From assembly GCA_047602405.1 (NCBI GenBank), contig JASGHJ010000002.1, positions 1,632,001-1,696,000 on the forward strand: a DNA stretch of 64,000 bases, given 5' to 3'. Source of the stretch: Anaeromyxobacteraceae bacterium. GTDB lineage: Bacteria; Myxococcota; Myxococcia; Myxococcales; Anaeromyxobacteraceae. Each line of letters opens with the position of its first letter. Position 1 is the stretch's first letter. This document shows, in pieces, positions 21,434 to 36,991 of the stretch. The translations under genes were made by a program, and so were the position numbers. The notes under the pieces were generated by a model. The model saw only the letters and a program-made list of their open reading frames with translations, was not told the DNA's origin and made no database searches.

Positions 21434-21480
21434 CCACAACATATGGTGCCATACACTGCTATCGGCCCAAGATACTGAGG
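21434..21480. promoter_or_regulatory. Tandem NrdR boxes
   Basis: CCACAACATATGGTGC (21434-49) and GCCCAAGATACTGAGG (21465-80), 31 bp apart, resembling acaCwAtATaTwGtgt; upstream of an RNR gene. Confidence 0.8.
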
Positions 21481-21614
21481 AAACTGGGCAGACTTCGTTG
21501 GGGTGGGGAGCCCCCGGGCCCTTCCGGCGCGCCCCGGGACGAGACCGAGTCTCACGGAAGGGGCGTGGCCGCGTGGCCGCGTGGCGTCGCGCGTGCTAAA
21601 AGCCGCGTCTCCCT

Positions 21615-23420
21615 ATGGCCGAGTCGAACGCGCACATCCGCAACTTCTCGATCATCGCGCACATCGACCATGGCAAGTCGACGCTCGCCGATCGCCTCCT
21701 CGAGCACACCGGCACGGTGTCGAAGCGCGAGGCGCAGGCGCAGTTCCTCGACAACATGGAGCTCGAGCGCGAGCGCGGGATCACCATCAAGGCCCAGACC
21801 GTCCGCATGAAGTACCGCGCGCGCGACGGGCAGGACTACGAGCTCAACCTCATCGACACGCCCGGGCACGTCGACTTCGCCTACGAGGTCTCGCGCTCGC
21901 TCGCCGCCTGCGAGGGCGCGCTGCTCGTCGTGGACGCCACCCAGGGGGTCGAGGCGCAGACGCTCGCGAACGTCTACCAGGCGCTCGATCACGACCTCGA
22001 GATCATCCCGGTCATCAACAAGATCGACCTGCCCTCGGCCGACGTGGACGGCGTGCGCAAGGAGATCGAGGAGGTCATCGGCCTCGACGCGTCCGGCGCC
22101 GTGCCGGCCTCGGCGAAGACCGGCCTCGGCATCGAGGACATCCTCGAGCACGTGGTCCAGAAGGTCCCGCCGCCGAAGGGCGACCCGAACGCGCCGCTCA
22201 AGGCGATCGTCTTCGACAGCTGGTACGACAACTACCGCGGCGTCGTGATGCTGGTGCGGGTCTTCGAGGGCACCCTCCGGCCGAAGCAGCGGATCCTGCT
22301 CTGGAGCAACAAGAAGCGGTTCGAGGTGCAGGAGCTCGGCGTGTTCGTGCCCTTCGCGACGGCGGTCGACGACCTCGGCGCCGGCGAGGTGGGCATCGTC
22401 GTCGCGAACGTGAAGGACGTGCACGACGCGAAGGTCGGCGACACGGTCACAGACGCCGACGCGCCGACCGAGGACCCGTTCCCGGGCTTCAAGGTCGTGA
22501 AGCCCATGGTGTTCAGCGGCGTCTTCCCCATCGACGCGAAGGACTACGACCAGCTCCGCGACGCCCTCGAGAAGCTGCGGCTCAACGACTCCGCGTTCAC
22601 CTGGGAGCCGGAGACCTCGCAGGCGCTCGGCTTCGGCTTCCGCTGCGGGTACCTGGGCCTCCTGCACATGGAGATCGTCCAGGAGCGGCTCGAGCGCGAG
22701 TACAACCTCTCGCTCATCACCACCGCGCCCTCCGTGGTCTACCGGGTCACCGACACGCAGGGCGAGGCGATCGAGATCGACAACCCGGCGAAGCTGCCGC
22801 CGGTGCAGCGGATCGCGAAGCTCGAGGAGCCACACCTCACCTGCCACGTGCACGCGCGCACCGAGGACGTCGGCGCGATCCTGAAGCTCTGCCAGGACCG
22901 GCGCGGCGTGCAGCGCGACATCAAGTACCTCGGCACGAAGCGCATCCAGGTCACCTACGACATCCCGATGGCCGAGGTGGTCTTCGACTTCTTCGACCGG
23001 CTGAAGAGCGTCACCTCCGGCTACGCGAGCCTCGACTACGAGCTCAAGGGCTACGAGGAGGCCGACCTCGTGAAGCTCGACATCCTCATCAACGCCGAGC
23101 CGGTCGACGCGCTCTCGATCATCGTCCACCGCGAGCGCGCCTACCAGCGCGGGCGCGAGCTCTGCCAGCGGCTGCGCGAGGTGATCCCGAAGCAGATGTA
23201 CGAGGTGGCGATCCAGGCCGCCATCGGCGCCAAGATCATCGCCCGCGAGACGGTGAAGGCCTACCGCAAGGACGTGCTCGCGAAGTGCTACGGCGGCGAC
23301 ATCTCCAGAAAGCGCAAGCTCCTCGAGAAGCAGAAGGAGGGGAAGAAGCGCATGAAGCAGGTGGGCGCGGTGGAGATCCCGCAGGAGGCGTTCCTCGCGG
23401 TGCTGAAGGTGGAGGAGTGA
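21615..23420 (+). CDS. lepA: Elongation factor 4 (LepA)
   Basis: [45 protein letters not shown]. Confidence 0.98.
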   Translation: MAESNAHIRNFSIIAHIDHGKSTLADRLLEHTGTVSKREAQAQFLDNMELERERGITIKAQTVRMKYRARDGQDYELNLIDTPGHVDFAYEVSRSLAACEGALLVVDATQGVEAQTLANVYQALDHDLEIIPVINKIDLPSADVDGVRKEIEEVIGLDASGAVPASAKTGLGIEDILEHVVQKVPPPKGDPNAPLKAIVFDSWYDNYRGVVMLVRVFEGTLRPKQRILLWSNKKRFEVQELGVFVPFATAVDDLGAGEVGIVVANVKDVHDAKVGDTVTDADAPTEDPFPGFKVVKPMVFSGVFPIDAKDYDQLRDALEKLRLNDSAFTWEPETSQALGFGFRCGYLGLLHMEIVQERLEREYNLSLITTAPSVVYRVTDTQGEAIEIDNPAKLPPVQRIAKLEEPHLTCHVHARTEDVGAILKLCQDRRGVQRDIKYLGTKRIQVTYDIPMAEVVFDFFDRLKSVTSGYASLDYELKGYEEADLVKLDILINAEPVDALSIIVHRERAYQRGRELCQRLREVIPKQMYEVAIQAAIGAKIIARETVKAYRKDVLAKCYGGDISRKRKLLEKQKEGKKRMKQVGAVEIPQEAFLAVLKVEE

Positions 23421-24439
23421 CCGATCCGGCCCGCCGGCTCGCGCGCGCGCGGCGGGACGCCCTCGGCTTCGCCCGGCTGGCCCGGCGCAGCGCCGCCCGC
23501 CACCGCCGGGCGCTCGGGGACCTGCAGCCTGCCATCGCCGCCGCGGCCGACGAGGTCGAGGCCGCGGCCGAGGCCGGCGAGCCCGGACGACTCTCCCGGG
23601 CGCTCGGCGCCCTCGACACGCTCTGGGACGAGCACCTCGCCCCGCGACAGAAGTCGCTCTGGCGCGAGTACCTCGAGTCGATGGTGGTCGCCGTCGCGGT
23701 CGCGCTCCTCCTGCGCGGCTTCGTGGTGGAGGCGGTGGGGATCCCCTCGGGCTCGATGGTGCCGTCGCTCCTCGTGGGCGACTACCTCTTCGTCTCGAAG
23801 CTCGCGTACGGGCTGCGGGTGCCGTTCACGCACCTGAGGCTCGTCGAGGCCGGTGCGCCGCGGCGGGGCGACGTCATCGTGTTCGAGAACCCGGTGGACC
23901 CGTCGGTCGACTACGTGAAGCGGGTCATCGGGCTGCCCGGCGACGTGGTGGAGCTCCGCGAGCAGCAGCTGTTCGTGAACGGGGTCCCCCAGCCGCGCAC
24001 GCCGCTCGGCGAGCTGCGGTACGAGGAGCTCGGCGAGGACGGGCGGGTGAGCTTCGAGGACGACTGCCGGCGGTACCGCGAGGCGCTCGCGAAGGGCACG
24101 CTCGTCGCCCCCGAGGGCGACGGGCTGTCGGGCGCGGAGGCGCGGTGGCGTTCCGCCGCGGGCGACGGGGTGGCCACCTACGAGGTGCTGCAGTGCCGCC
24201 AGGCGCGCCTCGCCGACCGCGAGGGGCCGTTCGAGGTGGTGCGACCGGGGCACGTCTTCGTGCTCGGCGACAACCGGGACCGATTGGCCGACTCGCGCAG
24301 CGCGGGCGGCTGGCAGGTGCCGTACGGGAACGTGCACGGCCGGGCGAGCCTCGTCTTCTGGAGCTGGGGCGCCGGCGGCGTCGGCGGCCCGGGCGGCCGC
24401 GGCGTGCGCGTGGAGCGCCTTTTCAAACCGGTCGAGTAG
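23417..24439 (+). CDS. lepB: Signal peptidase I
   Basis: [33 protein letters not shown]; follows lepA with a GTGA overlap. Confidence 0.93.
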   Translation: MTDPARRLARARRDALGFARLARRSAARHRRALGDLQPAIAAAADEVEAAAEAGEPGRLSRALGALDTLWDEHLAPRQKSLWREYLESMVVAVAVALLLRGFVVEAVGIPSGSMVPSLLVGDYLFVSKLAYGLRVPFTHLRLVEAGAPRRGDVIVFENPVDPSVDYVKRVIGLPGDVVELREQQLFVNGVPQPRTPLGELRYEELGEDGRVSFEDDCRRYREALAKGTLVAPEGDGLSGAEARWRSAAGDGVATYEVLQCRQARLADREGPFEVVRPGHVFVLGDNRDRLADSRSAGGWQVPYGNVHGRASLVFWSWGAGGVGGPGGRGVRVERLFKPVE

Positions 24440-24458
24440 CGATATCTAAGGTCCCCCG

Positions 24459-24938
24459 ATGCCGCCCCCGTCGATGGCCCCTGGCGCCGCCCGTCCGCGC
24501 CGCCGCCCGTCGGGCGGCGCGCTGGTGAACGTGCTGTTCCTCCTCGGTGTCGCAGGGCTGTGCTACCTCGGCTGGATGTGGGTCCCGGTCTACGTGGACC
24601 ACTACGAGGTCATCGCCGTCACCCGCGACCACATGAACCAGGCGGTCAAGAACCACAACGACGAGGCCCTCATCCAGTCGCTCGCGAAGCGGGCCTCGGG
24701 CGTCGGCGTCGAGACCGGACGGGACGAGAACGGCCGCCGCTGGGAGGAGCCGACCATCCAGGTCGAGCCCGGGGACATCGCCTGGGAGCGGGACGAGGCG
24801 GTCACCCCCCCGATGCTCCACGTCGAGTTCGACTACGAGCGCGAGGTGCCGTACCCGCTGCTCGACCGCACGACGACGCACACGTTCCACGTCGGCCTCC
24901 AGCAGGACCTCGAGGTGCCGGTCTGGAACACGAAGTGA
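24459..24938 (+). CDS. Membrane-anchored hypothetical protein (DUF4845-like)
   Basis: N-terminal TM then 'VPVYVDHYEV', 'DYEREVPYP'; position after lepB. Confidence 0.65.
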   Translation: MPPPSMAPGAARPRRRPSGGALVNVLFLLGVAGLCYLGWMWVPVYVDHYEVIAVTRDHMNQAVKNHNDEALIQSLAKRASGVGVETGRDENGRRWEEPTIQVEPGDIAWERDEAVTPPMLHVEFDYEREVPYPLLDRTTTHTFHVGLQQDLEVPVWNTK

Positions 24939-24960
24939 ACGCCGGGGGGAGGGGAGCCGC

Positions 24961-25494
24961 TTGGACTCGAAGGACATCGAGAGGACGGTCCGCCGCCTCG
25001 CCGAGGAGATTGCGGAGCGGGCGCGCGCCGCGGGGGCGGGGAAGGACGTCGCCATCGTGGGCATCCGCCGCGGGGGCGTGCACCTCGCCCAGCGGCTCGC
25101 GAAGGCGCTCGGCATCGCGCTCGGCAAGGAGCCGCCGCTCGGCACGCTCGACATCGCGCTCTACCGCGACGACCTCGCGGTGAAGGGCGCCGCGCCGGTC
25201 ATCGGCCCGACCGACGTGCGCTTCCCGGTCGACGGCAAGACCCTGATCCTCGTCGACGACGTGCTCTACACCGGCCGCACGGTGCGGGCCGCCCTCGACG
25301 AGATCGTCGACTTCGGCCGGCCGCGCCGGGTCTGGCTCGCGGTCCTGGTCGACCGCGGCGGGCACGAGCTGCCCATCGCGGCCGACTTCACCGGCGCCCG
25401 CCTCGAGGTCGGCGAGGACGACGACGTCCAGGTGCGGCTCGTGGAGGCCGGCGCCCCGGCCGACGCGGTCGTGGTGAAGAGGAGGGGGACGTGA
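24961..25494 (+). CDS. pyrR: Bifunctional pyr regulator / uracil phosphoribosyltransferase
   Basis: LDIALYRDD, LVDDVLYTGRTVRAA, DRGGHELPI. Confidence 0.93.
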   Translation: MDSKDIERTVRRLAEEIAERARAAGAGKDVAIVGIRRGGVHLAQRLAKALGIALGKEPPLGTLDIALYRDDLAVKGAAPVIGPTDVRFPVDGKTLILVDDVLYTGRTVRAALDEIVDFGRPRRVWLAVLVDRGGHELPIAADFTGARLEVGEDDDVQVRLVEAGAPADAVVVKRRGT

Positions 25495-26444
25495 TCGGCC
25501 GCCACCGCCACCTGCTCGGGCTCGCGGACCTCTCCCGCGAGGAGCTCCTCGAGGTGCTCGACCTCGCGGTGTCCATGAAGGAGGTCCTGCAGCGCCCCAT
25601 CAAGAAGGTCCCGTCGCTGCGGGGCCGCTCGGTGGTGAACCTCTTCTTCGAGAGCTCCACCCGGACCCGCTCCTCCTTCGAGATCGCGGCCAAGGTGCTC
25701 TCCGCCGACGCGCTCAACTGGACGGCGCAGGGCTCCTCGGTGGGCAAGGGCGAGACCCTCATCGACACCGCGAAGAACCTCGAGGCGATGCGGCCGGACG
25801 TGCTCGTCATCCGGCACTCTGCGGGCGGCGCGCCGCGGCTCGTCTCGGAGCACGTGTCCTGCGCGGTGGTCTCGGCCGGCGATGGGGCGCACGAGCACCC
25901 GAGCCAGGGGCTCCTCGACTGCTTCACGCTGAGGGAGAAGCTCGGCACGCTCGAGGGCAAGACCATCGTCATCGTGGGCGACGTCACGCACTCCCGCGTC
26001 GCCCGCTCGGACATCCACGGCATGACGAAGCTCGGGGCGAAGGTGCGGGTCTGCGGCCCGCCCACCATGATCCCGCCCGGCATCGAGGCCATGGGCGTCC
26101 CGGGGAGCGTGACGGTCGAGCACGATCTCAGGGCCGCGGTGCGCGGCGCGAGCGCGGTCGTCATGCTCCGCATCCAGCACGAGCGCATCGGCGACCCCCT
26201 CATCCCGGGCACCCGCGAGTACTCGAAGCTCTGGGGCCTCAACGCGAAGAAGGCGGCGGAGTGGCTCGACGAGGGCTGCGTGATCCTCCACCCCGGCCCC
26301 ATCAACCGCGGCGTCGAGCTCTCCCCCGAGGTCGCCGACGGCCCGCGCAGCGTCATCCTCGACCAGGTCCAGAACGGGGTGGCGGTGCGGATGGCGATCC
26401 TGTACCTCCTCGCGGGCGGCGACGCCTCGGAGGCGAAGGCCTGA
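25491..26444 (+). CDS. pyrB: Aspartate carbamoyltransferase
   Basis: FFESSTRT, HPSQGLLD, HPGPINRG. Confidence 0.96.
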   Translation: MIGRHRHLLGLADLSREELLEVLDLAVSMKEVLQRPIKKVPSLRGRSVVNLFFESSTRTRSSFEIAAKVLSADALNWTAQGSSVGKGETLIDTAKNLEAMRPDVLVIRHSAGGAPRLVSEHVSCAVVSAGDGAHEHPSQGLLDCFTLREKLGTLEGKTIVIVGDVTHSRVARSDIHGMTKLGAKVRVCGPPTMIPPGIEAMGVPGSVTVEHDLRAAVRGASAVVMLRIQHERIGDPLIPGTREYSKLWGLNAKKAAEWLDEGCVILHPGPINRGVELSPEVADGPRSVILDQVQNGVAVRMAILYLLAGGDASEAKA

Positions 26445-26449
26445 CAGCC

Positions 26450-27778
26450 ATGAGCGCACCTCCCGAGCTCCTGTTCATCGAAGGCGGCCGCGTCCTCGAC
26501 CCCGCGACGGGGACCGACGGCGTCCGCACCGTGGTCGTGAAGGGCGGCGTGATCGCCGACGTCGCGGAGCGCGTCGAGCGCCCCCGGGACGCGCGGGTGA
26601 TCGACGCCCGCGGGCGGTGGGTCACGCCCGGCTTCATCGACCTGCACGTGCACCTGCGCGAGCCGGGGCAGGAGTACAAGGAGACGGTCGAGACCGGCAC
26701 CCGCGCCGCGGTGGCGGGCGGCTTCACCGCCGTCTGCCCCATGCCGAACACGAAGCCGGTGAACGACAACGCGTCGATCACCGAGCTCATGCTCGCGCGC
26801 GCGGCCGCCGCCGGCCTCGCCCGCGTGTACCCGGTGGGCGCCATCTCGAAGGGCTCCGAGGGCCAGGACCTCGCCGAGTTCGGGGAGCTCAAGGCCGCCG
26901 GCTGCGTCGCGCTCTCCGACGACGGCAAGCCGGTCATGTCCTCGGGCCTGATGCGGCGCGCGCTCGAGTACGCCCGCGCGTTCGGGCTGCCGCTCACGGT
27001 GCACGAGGAGGACCTCGCCCTCGTCGGGAAGGGCGTCATGCACGAGGGCGCCGCGTCGACGCGCCTCGGCCTGCGCGGCATCCCGGGGGCGTCCGAGGAC
27101 GTGATGGTGCTCCGCGACGTCGCGCTGGTCGAGCTGACCGGCGGACGCCTGCACATCGGCCACCTCTCCACCCGGGGGGCCGTGCGCGCGGTCCGCGAGG
27201 CGAAGGCCCGCGGGCTGCCGGTCACCGCCGAGGTGACCCCGCATCACCTCACGCTGACCGACGAGGACGTGGCCCGCTCCGGCTACTCCACCGACTTCAA
27301 GATGGCGCCCCCGCTGCGCTCCGCCGCGGACGTCGAGGCGGTGCGGGCCGCGCTCGCCGACGGCACCATCGACGCCATCGCCACCGACCACGCGCCGCAC
27401 TCGGCGGTGGAGAAGGCGGTCGAGTTCGACGCGGCCGCGAACGGGATCCTGGGGCTCGAGACGGCCTTCCCGGTCTGCCTCGAGCTCGTGAGGAAGGGGC
27501 TCCTCACCGAGCGGCGGCTCGTCGAGGCCCTCACGATCGGGCCGGCGCGGACGTTCAAGCTCCCGGGGGGCACCCTCGCGAAGGGCGCCGTGGCGGACGT
27601 CGCGATCCTCGACCCGAAGGCGGAGTGGACGCTCGACCCGGAGCAGCTCCGGTCGAAGTCGCGCAACACGCCGTGGAAGGGAACGCGCCTCACCGGGCGT
27701 TGCATCATCACCATCGTGGGCGGGCGGATCGTCCACACCGAAGAGGCGGAAGGCCACGTGGCGGAAGGCAGGGCATGA
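26450..27778 (+). CDS. pyrC: Dihydroorotase
   Basis: DLHVHLREPG, MPNT, ATDHAPH. Confidence 0.95.
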   Translation: MSAPPELLFIEGGRVLDPATGTDGVRTVVVKGGVIADVAERVERPRDARVIDARGRWVTPGFIDLHVHLREPGQEYKETVETGTRAAVAGGFTAVCPMPNTKPVNDNASITELMLARAAAAGLARVYPVGAISKGSEGQDLAEFGELKAAGCVALSDDGKPVMSSGLMRRALEYARAFGLPLTVHEEDLALVGKGVMHEGAASTRLGLRGIPGASEDVMVLRDVALVELTGGRLHIGHLSTRGAVRAVREAKARGLPVTAEVTPHHLTLTDEDVARSGYSTDFKMAPPLRSAADVEAVRAALADGTIDAIATDHAPHSAVEKAVEFDAAANGILGLETAFPVCLELVRKGLLTERRLVEALTIGPARTFKLPGGTLAKGAVADVAILDPKAEWTLDPEQLRSKSRNTPWKGTRLTGRCIITIVGGRIVHTEEAEGHVAEGRA

Positions 27779-28930
27779 AGCGAGCGATCCTGGCACTGGC
27801 GGACGGGACCACCTTCGAGGGCGTGTCCCTCGGCGCGACCGGCGAGGCGAGCGGCGAGGTCGTGTTCAACACCTCGCTCACCGGCTACCAGGAGATCCTC
27901 ACCGATCCCTCGTACGTCGGGCAGATGGTCTGCATGACGTACCCGGAGCAGGGCAACTACGGCGTGAACACCGCGGACGACGAGTCCCGGCACCCGCACG
28001 CGACCGGCTTCATCGTCCGGCACTTCGCCGAGCGCCCGTCCAACTTCCGGGCGGAGAAGAGCCTGCACGAGTACCTCGCGGGCCACGGCGTGGTCGGCAT
28101 CTCCGGCATCGACACCCGGCGCCTCGTGAAGCACCTGCGCACCCACGGAGCGCAGATGGGGATCATCTCCACCGAGGTCGCCGCCGGCGCGGCGGCGCTC
28201 GTCGCGAAGGCGAAGGCGCTCCCCGGCATGGAGGGGCAGGACCTCGCCACCCGGATCTCGACGAAGGAGCCGTACGTCTGGACCGAGGGCGGCACCGACG
28301 CCTGGACCGACGCCGAGCGCACGAGCGGCGACCGGCGGCTCCACGTGGTGGCCTACGACTGGGGGCTCAAGCGGGCGATGCTGCGCCTGTTCGCCGACGC
28401 GGGCTGCAAGGTGACGGTGGTGCCCTCGCGCACCACCGCCGCGCAGGCCCTCGCCCTGAAGCCGGACGGGGTCTTCCTCACGAACGGCCCGGGCGACCCG
28501 GCGGCCGTGGAGGGGGCGAAGGACACGGTCGCGGCCCTCCTCGGCAAGGTGCCGATCTTCGGCATCTGCCTCGGCCACCAGAATCCTGGCCCTCGCCCTG
28601 GGCGCGCGGACCTACAAGCTCAAGTTCGGACACCGCGGCGCGAACCAGCCCGTGAAGGACCTCGCGAGCGGCAAGGTCGACATCACCGTGCAGAACCACG
28701 GCTTCGCGGTGGACGACCGGACGCTCCCCGCGCGGGCGCGGGTCACCCACGTGAACCTGAACGACGGCACCGTCGAGGGCATCGAGGTGCTCGACGCCCC
28801 CGCGTTCAGCGTGCAGTACCACCCCGAGTCGTCCCCGGGCCCGCACGACGCCCGCGCGCTCTTCGCGCGCTTCGTCGCGTCGATGGAGCAGGCGACGGCA
28901 GGGCGCGGCGCCGCGGAGAAGCGGGCATGA
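27775..28930 (+). CDS. carA: Carbamoyl-phosphate synthase small subunit (apparent +1 frameshift at ~28582)
   Basis: [27 protein letters not shown][fs], QNHGF, QYHPE. Confidence 0.93.
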
Positions 28931-29601
28931 CCTTCCAGGAGCTCCACGAGAGGCTCCTCTCGTGGGCGAGCGAGGGCCCCCGCGCGGCGGACCTGCTCGC
29001 GGCGAAGGGGATCCACTACGCGGCGCGGGGCGAGCCTCACGAGGAGGACCGGTCGTTCGAGGTCCGCGTGAACACGATGCTCGACTTCTACCTCTACGAC
29101 TGGCGGCCCGCCCCCGAGGGCGCGGCGTCCGGGCCGGAGGGCGCGCGGTCGACGCTCGAGCGCTTCCTCGGGGAGCAGGGGGCCACCCTCTCGCCGGAGG
29201 ACCAGCAGAGCTACCGCGAGCTCGCCGGCAACCTCCGCGGGCTCTTCGAGATCAGGAAGCTCGGCGAGGGCGCCGTGCGCGTGCGCGACGTCTTCACCGG
29301 GGTCGACCACGAGGTCACCGAGCGCCGCACGCTCGCCGGGGTCGAGAAGGGCGACCTGCTCGAGGCCCGCCTCCTGCCGCACCACGGCCAGCTCCTCTTC
29401 TCGGGGGCCTTGCTCTACCAGCCCCGCGAGGCGCGCAAGGCGATCCTCGCGGAGGTGAAGCGCCTCAAGAAGGCCGCCGGCAAGCAGGGCACGCCGGACG
29501 TGAGCGGGTTCCTCGACCTCCTCGCCCGCATGGCGATGAAGGTCGAGCGGTACCGGAACGTGCGCCTCGAGTCGATCTACGACTTCACGCAGCGCGGGTA
29601 G
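28927..29601 (+). CDS. Hypothetical protein
   Basis: ATGA overlap with carA; host-like codon usage; [11 protein letters not shown]...SIYDFTQRG. Confidence 0.75.
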   Translation: MTFQELHERLLSWASEGPRAADLLAAKGIHYAARGEPHEEDRSFEVRVNTMLDFYLYDWRPAPEGAASGPEGARSTLERFLGEQGATLSPEDQQSYRELAGNLRGLFEIRKLGEGAVRVRDVFTGVDHEVTERRTLAGVEKGDLLEARLLPHHGQLLFSGALLYQPREARKAILAEVKRLKKAAGKQGTPDVSGFLDLLARMAMKVERYRNVRLESIYDFTQRG

Positions 29602-29666
29602 GGTCCTTCGACTTCGGTCCGTGGGACGCTTCGCGTCCACGGACCTACGCTCAGGATGAGCGGACC
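29602..29666. repeat. REP-like palindromic element (CCTTCGAC...CTACGCTCAGGATGAGCGG) with an internal hairpin
   Basis: Internal stem GGTCCGTGGGACGC-TTC-GCGTCCACGGACC; GGTCC/GGACC ends; between convergent genes. Confidence 0.55.
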
Positions 29667-32703
<3,037 letters not shown>

Positions 32704-32732
32704 GCTGCCTTCCCGGGCCTTCGGCAGCCCCC

Positions 32733-32757
32733 GCCCCCGGAGCGGCGCTCCGGGGGC
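32733..32757. repeat. Perfect 11-bp hairpin in the mdh-sucC spacer
   Basis: GCCCCCGGAGC-GGC-GCTCCGGGGGC. Confidence 0.55.
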
Positions 32758-32783
32758 CTCACCCCCGGCAGCAGGAGATCCCC

Positions 32784-33944
<1,161 letters not shown>

Positions 33945-33957
33945 GGGAGGGACGACC

Positions 33958-34995
33958 TTGAGCATCCTCGTCGACAAGAAGACCCGCGTCGTCGTCCAGG
34001 GCATCACCGGCTCCGCCGGCTCCTTCCACACGGAGCAGATGCTCGCCTACGGCACGAACGTCGTCGCCGGCGTCACGCCCGGCCGCGGCGGCACCCGGTT
34101 CGCCGACAGGGTCCCGATCTTCGACTCGGTCCGGGACGCCGTGAAGGCGACGAAGGCCAACGCCTCCGCGATCTTCGTGCCCCCGCCCTTCGCGGCGGAC
34201 GCGATCATCGAGGCGGCCGAGGCGGGCGTCGCGCTCGTCGTGGTCATCACCGAGGGCATCCCGGTGATGGACATGGTGCGGGTGCGCCGCTACCTCGAGA
34301 CGAAGCCCGACACCCGCGTGCTCGGGCCGAACTGCCCGGGCGTCATCACCCCCGGGCAGTGCAAGATCGGCATCATGCCCGGCCACGTCCACAAGGCCGG
34401 CCGGGTGGGCGTCGTCTCCCGCTCCGGCACGCTCACCTACGAGGCGGTGAAGCAGCTCACCGACCTCGGCATCGGCCAGTCGACCGCGGTCGGCATCGGC
34501 GGCGACCCCGTGCACGGCACGGACTTCGTCGACGTGCTGAAGCAGTTCGAGGCCGATCCGGACACCGACGCCATCATCATGATCGGCGAGATCGGCGGGG
34601 CCGAGGAGGAGCGCGGCGCGGCCTGGCTGCGCGACCACGGCACGAAGCCGGTCGTCGGCTTCATCGCCGGCCGCACGGCGCCCCCCGGGCGCCGCATGGG
34701 CCACGCCGGCGCGGTCGTGTCGGGCGGCAGCGGCACGGCCGAGGCGAAGATCGAGGCCATGAAGGAGGCGGGCGTCGTCGTGGTCGACGGTCCCCACCAG
34801 CTCGGCCGGGCCATGAAGGCCGCCCTCGCCGCCCGGAAGGGCAAGAAGGCGGCGGCCGGCAAGGCGGCCGTGAAGAAGCAGCAGCCCGCGAAGAAGGCCC
34901 GCGGCGGCAAGCCCGCCGCGAAGAAGAAGTCCCTCACGAAGAGCAAGGCGGCCGCCAAGCGGCCCATGAAGAAGGCGGCCAGGGGCCGCCGCTGA
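33958..34995 (+). CDS. sucD: Succinyl-CoA ligase alpha subunit with Lys/Ala-rich tail
   Basis: [26 protein letters not shown]. Confidence 0.96.
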   Translation: MSILVDKKTRVVVQGITGSAGSFHTEQMLAYGTNVVAGVTPGRGGTRFADRVPIFDSVRDAVKATKANASAIFVPPPFAADAIIEAAEAGVALVVVITEGIPVMDMVRVRRYLETKPDTRVLGPNCPGVITPGQCKIGIMPGHVHKAGRVGVVSRSGTLTYEAVKQLTDLGIGQSTAVGIGGDPVHGTDFVDVLKQFEADPDTDAIIMIGEIGGAEEERGAAWLRDHGTKPVVGFIAGRTAPPGRRMGHAGAVVSGGSGTAEAKIEAMKEAGVVVVDGPHQLGRAMKAALAARKGKKAAAGKAAVKKQQPAKKARGGKPAAKKKSLTKSKAAAKRPMKKAARGRR

Positions 34996-35012
34996 AAGAG
35001 AGAAGAGACGAA

Positions 35013-35456
35013 ATGGCGATCGAGCGCACCCTGTCCATCGTGAAGCCCGACGGCGTCCAGAAGGGCGTCGTGGGGCAGGTCATCAGCCGCTTCCTCAACG
35101 CGGGCCTCAAGCCCGTCGCGATGAAGATGAAGTGGCTCTCGCAGCAGGAGGCGGAGGGCTTCTACGCCGTCCACCGGGCCCGGCCGTTCTTCGGCGACCT
35201 CGTGAAGTTCATGACGAGCGGCCCGGTGGTCCTCATGGTCCTCGAGGGCGAGAACGCCATCGCGAAGAACCGCGAGGTGATGGGCGCCACCGACCCGAAG
35301 AAGGCGGCCGACGGCACCATCCGCAAGGACTTCGCGACCGACATCGAGAAGAACACGGTCCACGGCTCCGACGCGCCCGAGACCGCGAAGGTCGAGATCT
35401 CGTACTTCTTCGCCGAGATCGAGATCCAGAAGTACGAGCTGTCGCCCAAGAAGTAG
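35013..35456 (+). CDS. ndk: Nucleoside-diphosphate kinase
   Basis: [18 protein letters not shown]. Confidence 0.97.
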   Translation: MAIERTLSIVKPDGVQKGVVGQVISRFLNAGLKPVAMKMKWLSQQEAEGFYAVHRARPFFGDLVKFMTSGPVVLMVLEGENAIAKNREVMGATDPKKAADGTIRKDFATDIEKNTVHGSDAPETAKVEISYFFAEIEIQKYELSPKK

Positions 35457-35602
35457 CAGCAGTTCCGGCACCTTGGCCGCCCGCGGGCGGGCCGGGCGCC
35501 GCCCTGCTAGAATCCTCGGATCGCCCGTCCCGGAAGCGGGGCGGGCGATTCGTGTTTTTCGAACCGAAGCGTGCGGGAGAGAGGAGCCTCGAGCTGGAGC
35601 CG

Positions 35603-36980
35603 GTGTTCGGAGCGGTGGCGATCTGGAAGTGGGTGCTCGCGGGCGGGTTCGTCGTGGGCTCCGCGTTCTGCTCGGGCACGGAGACGGCGCTCACCGCGCT
35701 CGGCGACAACCGCGCCCGCCAGCTGCGCGCCTCGGGGACCCGCGGCGCCCAGCGGCTCGCCCTGTGGGTCGACCACCCGGAGCGCGTCCTCTCGACCCTG
35801 CTCATCGGCAACACGCTCCTCAACGTCGGCGCGGGCGCGCTCGCGGGCGCGATCGCCGACGACCTCGCCCACACGGCGGGCTGGAGCGAGGGCTCCACGG
35901 TGGCGGCGGTCACCGCCGCGGTGACGCTCGCCGTGCTGTTCCTCGGGGAGATCGTCCCGAAGACCTTCGCGAAGCGGCACCCGGTCTCGACCTCCATGTC
36001 GGTGCTGCCGTGGGTGGTCGGCCTCACCTACGTCATGTGGCCGGTCACCTCCGCGGTGGGCTGGCTCACCCGGCACGTGGTGAGCGTGCTCGGCCCGAAG
36101 GACGGCGGGCCGGCGGTGACGAGCGAGGAGATCGAGTACCTCATCGAGGTCGGGACGCGCGAGGGTGTGCTCGACGAGGTGAAGGAGGAGCTCCTCAACA
36201 GCGTGCTCGAGTTCGCGGACCGGGTGGTGAAGGAGATCATGGTCCCGCGCACCCGCATGGTCGCGCTCGACCTCGAGGCCACGCCGGAGGAGCTCGTCCG
36301 CGTCGTCACCGAGAACCCCTACAGCCGCATGCCGGTGTTCCACGGCTCGGTCGACGAGAATCGTCGGCATCCTGCTCGTGCGCGAGATCATCCAGGACGT
36401 GAAGGGGCCCCCGCAGAAGCCGTTCGATCTGCGGCGCCGGATGAAGCCCGTCTACTTCGTGCCCGAGACCATGAAGATCTCCCGGCTCCTGAAGGAGATG
36501 CAGCGCCGCAAGACCCACCTCGCGGTGGTCGTCGACGAGTTCGGCGGCACGAGCGGGCTCGTCACCCTCGAGGACGTGCTCGAGGAGATCGTGGGCGAGA
36601 TCCAGGACGAGGCCGACGCCGAGGCCTCGCTCTTCAGGGCCATCGGCCCCGGCACCTGGCTCGCCGAGGCCGCCGTGCCGCTGCACGACCTCGAGACATG
36701 GCTGGAGGAGCGGCTCGCCGAGGGGCTCCCCGACGACGCGCCGCGCCCGGACATCACCTTCCCGGACGCCGACTACGAGACCCTCGGCGGCTTCGTGACC
36801 GCGCGGGCGGGGAGGGTGCCGGCGGTGGGGGCGGTCGTGGCCTTCGCGGGCTTCACCTTCACCGTCCGGGCCGGCGACGAGCGCCGGGTCTCCCGGGTCG
36901 AGATCGCCCGCGAGGCCACCCAGGCCCCGGGGACACCGCCCGCCGCGCCGCCGGTGGCGCCGGCGCCCCGCGCGTCCTAA
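35603..36980 (+). CDS. Hemolysin/CNNM-CBS-CorC family transporter (apparent +1 frameshift at ~36359)
   Basis: AFCSGTETAL, GEIVPK, IMVPRT, VVDEFGGTSGLVTLEDVLEEIVGEI; start approximate. Confidence 0.9.
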
Positions 36981-36991
36981 GAACGGAGCCC

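Noticed and set aside
24939..24960. PyrR attenuator leader
   Set aside because: Only 22 nt precede pyrR and no PyrR-binding loop or terminator is visible
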